From positions 5,774 to 69,773 of IMG/VR virus record IMGVR_UViG_3300034280_000973: a stretch of 64,000 nucleotides of DNA, one strand, 5' to 3'. The position numbers and the translations under genes were made by a program. The notes under the pieces were generated by a model. It saw only the letters and a list, made by a program, of their open reading frames with translations, did not search any database and was not told the origin of the DNA. This stretch comes from a virus. Positions within the stretch are counted from its first letter, which is position 1; each line of letters opens with the position of its first letter. Positions 37,889-46,005 of the stretch are shown piece by piece.

Positions 37889-39900
37889 GATGTAAGCATT
37901 TCGAAAATATCGTGTTGTAGCATTTCAAGTACGGTCGGATTTTCATTAAGAAAGTTATATACCTTTTCTTGACCTTGAAACTTACATGCTTTGTCAATAT
38001 CTGCACCGGGTAAAATCTTTTTGAATTCCTCGGGCTTTGACTTTAAGAAGTCTAGAGTGTACCATGCACCGGCCTTTGAAATTAACGATAGTTCCTCGCC
38101 AAGTATAAGCAGTTCTTGAGCACTGTCAATGCCTTCGCCGTAACGAATCCATGATTGGCACTCGACACCTGTAGCACCCTTAGAGCTATAATATATTTTC
38201 CAGTTTACAGCTTGCCCGACCTGCTTTTCCTTATGTTCCCACGGAGATATAGATTTTACTTCCATTCTAGTATCTGCTTGGTATTGTATTTTTACACCAG
38301 AATCAGCCATTTTGCTCGGGCCATAACCGCTAGTATTAGTAATAAGGTGCGTAATCATGCACATTGTAATCTTATTATTTGGCACGATCTGGCCAGCCTT
38401 TTTAACAAAGTTTGATAATATTTTTGGTAGTCCCGGTCTAGCCATGCCCGTTACATCTTCTTCTAGTTCTCTAGATGGTATTAGTGAAGATACTGAGTCA
38501 ATAATACATAAAGCTCCCTCATTTTCTTTTGCGGAAATAAGTTGTAACGCAGTATCTAAAAATACTTCGGCAGATAGAGGTTTATCTTCCGCAGTAATAA
38601 TCTGCATCTTTTCTGGATCTAGCCCGCGAACATCAAAATTCATTTCGCTAAGTCTACCTTCTGCATTAATATAAATAACAGGACGACCCTCTTTTTGGCA
38701 ATTGAATGCTAATTGCATAGCAGTGGTTGTATTATGTGTAACATTAAAACTATCGGTTAAATATAAACCGTCTTGATCAATTTCTATGCATTGGCAATAT
38801 TTATCTCCAACTACTGTAATTAAATTGATAGTCTTGTAGTTTTCTGCCGGGCATGGTAAATTATTTTCCTTTAAGGCATGTAGCATTACACCGCAGTTAT
38901 TAATTGTTAATCTCTGCCTGCTGTCTTTTCTATCATTTATATAGGTTGGGTATCCTAATGATCTAGAAACTTCCGCTATATCGCGTAGTAATTGAGTGTT
39001 TGCCGATTCTACTTCGTAATATCCAGACGGATGAAGATAACCATTAGATCCTAAGAACCCCCTAAGTAGTTCGTTTCTATCATGGAATGAGTTATATTTA
39101 TAAAGATCCGGAACTCTAAAGCAGCTACGTGTTATGATTTTTTTATTGGGAAAAGATTTTAAATAATTTTGAACTACATAATTTAGATAACTGTTATTAT
39201 CAGTGCTTAAGATTCTGCCCTCCGAATCTAAAGTACAGTTGTACTTAGATATCTTAGTCTTGAATTCTTCGGTTATATGGGGCTTTGTATTTTTTATATA
39301 AAGATTTTGATTTACATCTACATATCCATCTGCTAATATAACACCTAGCACAAAAGGGTCTATAACAGTTTCTCTCGGGCTAAAGTCACAATGACTATAT
39401 TTTATCTTCCATTTGTCTCGATCTGGATAGCTTACTTTAGATAATAGTTCCTCAGTAGTTTTAAGTAAAACCGATGAATTAGCTTTATTAACATATACTG
39501 GCCATAAATGATGCCCGTCACATTCTACGCTAGTTCCATCACTAAAAAGCACTTTATAAATCTTTCTTACGCCTTGAGGATATATAGCTCTGACTGTACA
39601 TCTTTTACCGTCAACTCCACAAATTTCATCTCCAACCGAAAGAGATTCAAATGTTACAGGCCCGGAAGGAGTGTATACAACAGAATCCATCGGCTGTGCT
39701 TTGCCCGACTTAGGTGCGCCCGAAAGCATTAACCAACTGCCCTCTCTAATACCGCCTTTTAAAGCAAGATCTATTGAAGGGCTAATTGAAATTGTCTTAT
39801 GGTCTTTTCTTTGGCTTAATAGCTCATTACCTTTAATAATGATATTTCCGTGCTTCTTTTTTATTTCTTTTAAAATAGAATCTAAATTCTTATCGCTCAT
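37885..39900 (-). CDS. recA: RecA/UvsX-like recombinase with intein
   Basis: SIDLALKGG, GAPKSGK|TT, YINAEG, IIDSVSSL, KAGAWY. Confidence 0.9.
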   Translation of the reverse strand: MSDKNLDSILKEIKKKHGNIIIKGNELLSQRKDHKTISISPSIDLALKGGIREGSWLMLSGAPKSGKAQPMDSVVYTPSGPVTFESLSVGDEICGVDGKRCTVRAIYPQGVRKIYKVLFSDGTSVECDGHHLWPVYVNKANSSVLLKTTEELLSKVSYPDRDKWKIKYSHCDFSPRETVIDPFVLGVILADGYVDVNQNLYIKNTKPHITEEFKTKISKYNCTLDSEGRILSTDNNSYLNYVVQNYLKSFPNKKIITRSCFRVPDLYKYNSFHDRNELLRGFLGSNGYLHPSGYYEVESANTQLLRDIAEVSRSLGYPTYINDRKDSRQRLTINNCGVMLHALKENNLPCPAENYKTINLITVVGDKYCQCIEIDQDGLYLTDSFNVTHNTTTAMQLAFNCQKEGRPVIYINAEGRLSEMNFDVRGLDPEKMQIITAEDKPLSAEVFLDTALQLISAKENEGALCIIDSVSSLIPSRELEEDVTGMARPGLPKILSNFVKKAGQIVPNNKITMCMITHLITNTSGYGPSKMADSGVKIQYQADTRMEVKSISPWEHKEKQVGQAVNWKIYYSSKGATGVECQSWIRYGEGIDSAQELLILGEELSLISKAGAWYTLDFLKSKPEEFKKILPGADIDKACKFQGQEKVYNFLNENPTVLEMLQHDIFEMLTS
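38731..39699 (-). mobile_element. Class 3 intein (323 aa) with LAGLIDADG, in Walker A
   Basis: AQP...HHLW...CQCI...VTHN|T. Confidence 0.85.
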
Positions 39901-40349
39901 GTATTCCTCAATTTGTCTATTAATGTTGTTTTTGCTTTTGGTTTAGGAATCTCAAAATTAGTATCTGGAACCTGCTGTTGTTTTTCTTCTTCTATATTTT
40001 TCTTTGGAGCAGAGTTTTTCTTATCCAAAATCCATTTAGTTTTAGATATTCCGTCTTTTATAAATTTTACGGGATTATAATGCCCGAGAGAATATATGTT
40101 CTTATTAAAATTGATATATTCTAAAACAGCATCAACTCCATACTCGTTGATTAATTTATTTGCCGTTACAACTTGGCCTTGGTAGATATTTTTTTCTTCT
40201 TTATTCCAAAACTTGAAGGATGGATCTCCTGTCTGTTTCTTCTTGAAATTGCGTAAGCAAACAATTTCAGCAATATACTGTGCAGCACTACATGGCTCTC
40301 CTGTTGTCGGCGAGCAATACGGCTTTTTTTCTGTCCTTTTCTTGTTCAT
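39897..40349 (-). CDS. Hypothetical protein
   Basis: ORF in operon. Confidence 0.65.
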   Translation of the reverse strand: MNKKRTEKKPYCSPTTGEPCSAAQYIAEIVCLRNFKKKQTGDPSFKFWNKEEKNIYQGQVVTANKLINEYGVDAVLEYINFNKNIYSLGHYNPVKFIKDGISKTKWILDKKNSAPKKNIEEEKQQQVPDTNFEIPKPKAKTTLIDKLRNT

Positions 40350-40875
40350 CTATAAAAAACATGTCCTCTAAATTTTCAAGTGTTAGCAATCTTGTTTCTT
40401 GTAGCGGCTCAAGTTCATTCTCGGGCCAGCAGAACTTTTTAACATCTATTTTATTAGTAACTGGATTATAGACTCCTGCGACTAATTTTTTATAAGAAAT
40501 GCTATTTCCATTTCCAGAATCAATTTCTATGTCCTTAATGCATCCACGCTTAATAAATAACCCATCTAATCCTTCTTTATTCTCAAGAAGAACCATTTCT
40601 GGTGCTCCAAACATAAGATTTTTTACCCTCGTTGGATAAAGTTTTGTTTCTCTGCAATATTTTATTAAGCGATGCCAAGGGGCTTCTTCGTATCTATCAT
40701 AGTCAGAATATATAACAGTTCCATCATTTAAAGTAACTGTCCATAACATTTCTAGTTTTCTGATTAAATCTTTTATGTAGCTATCAAATTTAAAAGTTAA
40801 ATCAACCATCTTTTCTAAAAGTATGAATAAAACTGTTATCCTTAGGTTTATTGTTTCTTTGTTTGCGTTTTTCAT
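40288..40875 (-). CDS. Hypothetical protein
   Basis: ORF; true start likely MVDLTF. Confidence 0.6.
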   Translation of the reverse strand: MKNANKETINLRITVLFILLEKMVDLTFKFDSYIKDLIRKLEMLWTVTLNDGTVIYSDYDRYEEAPWHRLIKYCRETKLYPTRVKNLMFGAPEMVLLENKEGLDGLFIKRGCIKDIEIDSGNGNSISYKKLVAGVYNPVTNKIDVKKFCWPENELEPLQETRLLTLENLEDMFFIDEQEKDRKKAVLLADNRRAM

Positions 40876-41149
40876 CCATGTACATAGATGCAGACTCAGT
40901 CATAACTACTACATTATAACCTTCTCTTTTAGCAAGCAGATTATTTACAATAAAAGCATTAGGATCTTTAGGATCTACGGACTTAGTTTCTTTTACAGGC
41001 TCTTTAGGGCCATTGAGAAATCTATCTACGGCTTCTACTCTTCGACCTAGTTTTTTCGCTATAAATTCTAAGCCCTTGTCCTTATTTTTATTTATATATT
41101 CTTTTTCTTTGTTTGTCAAAGGCCCGACCGCCATTTTTTTCTTTGTCAT
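40802..41149 (-). CDS. HTH-like hypothetical protein
   Basis: EKEYI...IAKKLGR. Confidence 0.6.
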   Translation of the reverse strand: MTKKKMAVGPLTNKEKEYINKNKDKGLEFIAKKLGRRVEAVDRFLNGPKEPVKETKSVDPKDPNAFIVNNLLAKREGYNVVVMTESASMYMDEKRKQRNNKPKDNSFIHTFRKDG

Positions 41150-41151
41150 TT

Positions 41152-41457
41152 TTATCCTCTATACATCCTATTTGCAGTATTATAATGTGCTCTATTTTTA
41201 GTTTTTAGATATTTAAAGTAGCTTTCGAATACATCTTTGCTTACTCTAACAAATTTACAGACAGAACTATTTCTTTTTAGAACATCAATTCCGTATGGGT
41301 CGTAAAGATTGCCACGGGTAAGCCAAACAAAGTAGTAGCTAATCTTTCCAGTCTCTAGTATTTTAGCTAAACAATCGCCGTTTTCGACAACATTTCCGCC
41401 TTTTCCGTAGAAAATTTCAACATCATCTTTTTCAATCCACTGATCTTCAATCTTCAT
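41152..41457 (-). CDS. Hypothetical protein
   Basis: ORF in operon. Confidence 0.65.
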   Translation of the reverse strand: MKIEDQWIEKDDVEIFYGKGGNVVENGDCLAKILETGKISYYFVWLTRGNLYDPYGIDVLKRNSSVCKFVRVSKDVFESYFKYLKTKNRAHYNTANRMYRG

Positions 41458-41668
41458 AACTGATCTTGCTTAAAGCCTCCGTAAGTTTTTTGATACAATC
41501 TTCTAAATTAAAACCATTAACACCGAATATAGCACTTTTTGTTATTCCTCTGTCTCTTAGCTCGCTCTCGGTGAGTTTGTTAGGATCTAAAGATCCATCA
41601 TGTAGAAGAGGAAAAATATCAATAGTAAAATTGATTTGGGCATAGTAAGGACATTCTTTATCTCTCAC
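41447..41668 (-). CDS. Hypothetical protein
   Basis: ORF in operon. Confidence 0.55.
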   Translation of the reverse strand: MRDKECPYYAQINFTIDIFPLLHDGSLDPNKLTESELRDRGITKSAIFGVNGFNLEDCIKKLTEALSKISYED

Positions 41669-42072
41669 GGCATTTCTCCCGTAACAATATATTTTTCTTT
41701 TTGTTCGGGAGTCATTTTAGCTATTTTATTGCGCCTTATATTACTTTCTCGCTTTTGAATAGATTCTTGTACTTTATCTTCACGCATTTTGTCTTCGCGT
41801 TCGTAAGCCCCCATTTTTTTCCAGTTGCTATCGGCTAATTGGCCGATAGTTTTTATGTCTTTGACTTGACATGCAGGAGCGGTAAGTATAACTACACGCA
41901 TTGTTTTTTTGTTACAATGGTAGCAGTTTCTTTCCTCGGGCTTTACAGATATCGATTCAAAAATCTCTTCTTGATAGTTACATTTTTTGCATTCGTAAAT
42001 TCTTACGGGCATTTTATCCTCATTGTTTATAAGCTTGTCTAGCGTTTCTGATAATAGTTTTGACAATTCCAC
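41665..42072 (-). CDS. FmdB-type zinc ribbon protein (start likely MPVRIYEC)
   Basis: MP..YECKKC...CYHC. Confidence 0.75.
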   Translation of the reverse strand: MELSKLLSETLDKLINNEDKMPVRIYECKKCNYQEEIFESISVKPEERNCYHCNKKTMRVVILTAPACQVKDIKTIGQLADSNWKKMGAYEREDKMREDKVQESIQKRESNIRRNKIAKMTPEQKEKYIVTGEMP

Positions 42073-42709
42073 TTCTTACGATATCATCTTCTGTAAAATA
42101 TACAAAAGATACACCTTCATCCTTACCCTCAGAGTATTTTTGTTCATCATGAAACCTTTTTCCGCCAGATTTCCTATTATCGATTTGCATTAAATCTCCT
42201 TCAAGCACACATTTGGTATTTTTTCCAATACGTGTTGCAAACATCATTATTTGTTCATATGTGGCATTTTGAAATTCAGTAAGAATCATAAAAGCGTCAT
42301 CAAGAGTTTCACCACGCATAGTTTCTAATGGATATATTTCTATGGTTTCATCGGTTAGCATTTTTTTGTATATTTCGGCACCAAGAAAATACTCAAGTTT
42401 ACTTAAAATTGGATTCATAAAAGGCATTAGTTTTTCTTTTATAGATCCCGGAAGATAACCAGAGTCACCGCATTGTTGTGTTGATCTAGATATTACTATC
42501 TTAGATATTTTTTTATTCAATAGATGCTCACAGGCAACACCAGCAGCAACATAAGTTTTTCCAGTTCCGGCAGGCCCGTCACATATTACTAATTCATCTT
42601 TATTAAGACATTTGATTAAATCTGATTGTCTATGGGTTTTAGCCTCAATTAAAGACTCTTGAACATTATCTCTACGTCTTTGTGTTCGTACAGGTTTTTT
42701 TCTTGACAT
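42020..42709 (-). CDS. phoH: PhoH-like ATPase
   Basis: GPAGTGKT, GYLPG, MRGETL, EFQN, GDLMQID, DIVRSG. Confidence 0.92.
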   Translation of the reverse strand: MSRKKPVRTQRRRDNVQESLIEAKTHRQSDLIKCLNKDELVICDGPAGTGKTYVAAGVACEHLLNKKISKIVISRSTQQCGDSGYLPGSIKEKLMPFMNPILSKLEYFLGAEIYKKMLTDETIEIYPLETMRGETLDDAFMILTEFQNATYEQIMMFATRIGKNTKCVLEGDLMQIDNRKSGGKRFHDEQKYSEGKDEGVSFVYFTEDDIVRSGIVKTIIRNARQAYKQ

Positions 42710-43863
42710 TAGTATCTTTCTGTAAAAAGTAAGAGTGTTGGGCTATTTGCCGGTGTAAAATACGTTACGAAATCGTTAAAACCACTAAATGTCATTTCGT
42801 ATTCAACTAGATCTCCGGAAGTAGATCCGCCAGATATATTAAATGACTGTATGACATTTTTCTCTCCGCAATCTATTATAAATAGATCATCACTTGTATT
42901 TGTGTAGTTTCTAGTTTTGAATGCTAATCTTATTTTGTATTTCTTAACAGTTCCGCTAGTAAATTCTGGCGTATTCAAAAAATTTATATTGGCTCCTTTT
43001 CGGGCTGTAAATCTTATTGAAGTTCTAATTGGAATAGGAATATATAATGTAGTCCATAAATTAGTTCCAACAGAGCTTCCTTTCCAAACGCCTTCGTCTA
43101 ATATATCTCCGTATTCTATTGCAGCCTCTGTCGATATTTCTGTGATTCCTAAAACTTCTATTCCGTCAAAAAAAGTATTGGTGTCTGTTATAGAATTTAG
43201 TATTTCCGGCAAGACAGTGTATGATCTGTCTATGTCTCGCGGGCGTATCAGTGTCCGTATTTTGTTTCCTGAATATTGTTCACCCAATGTTACCTGAGTT
43301 TTTTGGTAACCACCTTGATTTTCGAAATTTTCTACAGATTTTCCTTGAAAAGAAAGGCTTTCTAGAACTTTTTCTTTGGTTACAGCATAACTTATTGAAT
43401 TTAATAAACATCTTTTGTAAACTGACTTATGCAATTTTCTGCTACTCTGCAAGATTGATCCGTCATCAGTTTGATATAAAATAGATAAGTCAAACTCTTT
43501 TATGTCTTTAGATGCATTTCCAGTGATTGCTGTACCGAAATTTTTAATAAAAAAAGCATCTTTACTATTTATAGGTTTAGTATTATCTTTAAAGAATATA
43601 TGATGCAAAAAAGGCCCGACGCATTCTTTAGGACTTATAGATGGGTCTGAGTAATTTCCAATAACTCTTTCTAGGCTTAAGCTTATATTAAAGCTGTTGT
43701 TATACAAAACATCTTTAGGTTGGGATCTGCCGTAATCAAATACTGTAGTTGTATCCCAAGAATTATCTACCCCAATAGATTGTACTCCGTTGAGGTAGGA
43801 TGTTTCGTTTTCGTCAAGGCGTGTAAACAAACACCCCTGACACGCATAGAATATTCTATTCAT
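42709..43863 (-). CDS. Beta-rich protein, possible tail-tube-like structural protein
   Basis: NRIFYACQ..GVQSIG...GGSTSG..EYEMTF; fold is inference. Confidence 0.4.
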   Translation of the reverse strand: MNRIFYACQGCLFTRLDENETSYLNGVQSIGVDNSWDTTTVFDYGRSQPKDVLYNNSFNISLSLERVIGNYSDPSISPKECVGPFLHHIFFKDNTKPINSKDAFFIKNFGTAITGNASKDIKEFDLSILYQTDDGSILQSSRKLHKSVYKRCLLNSISYAVTKEKVLESLSFQGKSVENFENQGGYQKTQVTLGEQYSGNKIRTLIRPRDIDRSYTVLPEILNSITDTNTFFDGIEVLGITEISTEAAIEYGDILDEGVWKGSSVGTNLWTTLYIPIPIRTSIRFTARKGANINFLNTPEFTSGTVKKYKIRLAFKTRNYTNTSDDLFIIDCGEKNVIQSFNISGGSTSGDLVEYEMTFSGFNDFVTYFTPANSPTLLLFTERY

Positions 43864-44831
43864 TAATTAAGCCTTGTAATTTCACAAGATCCGCCAGAGC
43901 AAGCCACAGCAGCATAATCAGAAACATCTTTATACGAAGGTTTGTTTAGAACAGTTTCTAGAGATATTTCCTTCATTTGTCTGTTTATTGATTCCCATTT
44001 ATGAAATAAGTGAACATCTTTTAGACAATATATCATCTTTCTAATATCGTTCTTGAAGTAATTTTTAGCAAACTGTTTTGCCCGTCTAATCCAGTCTTTC
44101 TTAAGCAATACTTGCTCTCTAGTTCCAGTAACAGGAATACTTTTATCTAAAAGGCAGTCGCAGGCATTCCATAGATTGTTATTGAAATAATGTAATCCAT
44201 CAACAATAAGCCCGGAAGCAAACATAGATCCCTTACCATATGCTGACGCTATTTCTTCAAAAGTCATCACGCTTGTAAATGGTGCTTGATTAAAGTCTTT
44301 ATCGCCATAATCAGATATAAATGATACTGCCGTAAAATCTTTTCTATTATTCCAGATATAATCTGTTATGGACTTGCTATCGTCAATAATTACAGTACAG
44401 CTACAATTATGATTAGTAAGATTACATATTCCTAGTTCTCTGTTAGTTCCGGGAACGATCCAATTATTTTGAACTAGCTTGATTAGTTCTAAGTGCTTTA
44501 CACCTTTCATGTCCTTTTTGAACAATCCATTTTCAGGATTAACGATTGGCACGAAAACAACATAATCAGTATTATTTTTAGACCACACAGATTCTTCTAA
44601 AAGAAACGGCATTTCCTGTTCTAGAAATTTTGCAGTATCGGAATTTTTGTTTAACTGCATTATTCTAAAGTGCATTAAAGAATGAGCAGGGTGAATTCCG
44701 GACTCAGTCATTAAAACTACAGAGTTATGAGAAACTACCCCATTTTTTAATTGATAACTGTTTGTATTTGCAACCTGAATATCGCCAGTAATCGATAGTT
44801 TTAACGACTTAGTTATTTTTTTTATTCGCAC
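43863..44831 (-). CDS. nrdJ: Class II RNR C-terminal fragment with C-intein
   Basis: GTG start; 36-aa IntC ending VSHN|SVVL; SGIHP; C-terminal ACSGGSCEI. Confidence 0.9.
   Translation of the reverse strand: MRIKKITKSLKLSITGDIQVANTNSYQLKNGVVSHNSVVLMTESGIHPAHSLMHFRIMQLNKNSDTAKFLEQEMPFLLEESVWSKNNTDYVVFVPIVNPENGLFKKDMKGVKHLELIKLVQNNWIVPGTNRELGICNLTNHNCSCTVIIDDSKSITDYIWNNRKDFTAVSFISDYGDKDFNQAPFTSVMTFEEIASAYGKGSMFASGLIVDGLHYFNNNLWNACDCLLDKSIPVTGTREQVLLKKDWIRRAKQFAKNYFKNDIRKMIYCLKDVHLFHKWESINRQMKEISLETVLNKPSYKDVSDYAAVACSGGSCEITRLN
44724..44831 (-). mobile_element. Split intein C-half (36 aa)
   Basis: MRIKKI...TGDIQV...NGVVSHN|S. Confidence 0.88.
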
Positions 44832-45627
44832 TTGTTCTTCCTTTTTTAAAGCTTGGGTTTTCTTTTAAGAAATCATTGAAATTTAATTCTTTTTGTTGTT
44901 TTTTAGTATATTTATACGATTTTAACCCATCGTTATACCAAATAAATCCAGAATTTTTTTTACCGCCAATTTTACCTCTTTTTCTTTGTTCTTCTATTCT
45001 TTGTTCTTCCGGCATATTGTTTTTTTCAAAATATTTTTTACTAAATCTGCCGTTTAGTCCGCCCTTTCTAGATATTTCTTTTCTGGTGTCAGGATTATAA
45101 AACGCACTTATTTTTTTCAATTTAAGAGTTTTGTGCTGAATACTTCTTATTTCTTTATTAAATATTGCTCTATTCAATAATCTATTCACTCTTGCTGCAT
45201 TAATTCCGCCATTACTACATGCCTTAATCCTTTCTTTTTTGGATAAAGAAAAAATGCCAGTTTTATTTTTTAAACATAATAAACCAGTAATACTAGCTGA
45301 TATAGCTTGTTTCTTATGATTTTCCTCGATTTGTTCATGAGTTAATGACCCATGAAAATTTGTATGCATGTTTAAATAATCATCTTTTTTAGTAGCAATT
45401 TTTAATAATTTATTTTCATAATCTAATGCACTACATCTGTTTTCAAATTCTTTTAAAATTTTGAATGAAAAATCTTCTTTTCCAAAAAGTTTTATGAGTT
45501 GTTTTACTTGTTTTGAGGATGTGAAATATGTCAACCAAAAAAGCTTCGAATCACACCCTTTTGAATATTTAACTCCTATATATTTCAGTCCTGTTGTTTT
45601 ATTTTTTAAAAAATATACGTATGGCAT
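44809..45627 (-). mobile_element. Free-standing GIY-YIG homing endonuclease between split-intein halves
   Basis: YVYF...KYIG, YFTSS, WYNDG; AAGGAGG SD. Confidence 0.82.
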
Positions 45628-45669
45628 GTTAAACCCTCCTTTATTTTACTAGGCTTAATATGATATACC

Positions 45670-46005
45670 CTAAAAGCTTATTATTTCATCATTTTCTTTT
45701 AGGTCTTTAACAAGTTTCCATCCTTTATCAGTTAATAATTTATGATTTTCGGTAAAAGAATAAACTTGACCGTCTTCAAACTCTACTTCATATGTTTCAG
45801 ATAAACCGTTTATGTATAACAATTCTATACTTTGCTCATTATTATTTTTATCATAAACTTTTAAAGGTTTTTTCAAATTAAATGAAGTATCTGTAAAATT
45901 AATGGTTTCTGTATCAAAATTGGGATCGTCTAAGCAGTATTTAAAAATTTCTAATAATGTTAAATCACCAATGTTTGTTTTTATAATAGTATCGAATTTT
46001 GTACA
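45670..46005 (-). mobile_element. Split intein N-half (111 aa)
   Basis: CTKFDTII...FTENHKLLT..GW..VKDL..D.I then stop. Confidence 0.88.

Noticed and set aside
44809-45670. Group I intron interrupting nrdJ
   Set aside because: Almost no non-coding space for a ribozyme core; the downstream fragment has its own SD, start and IntC.
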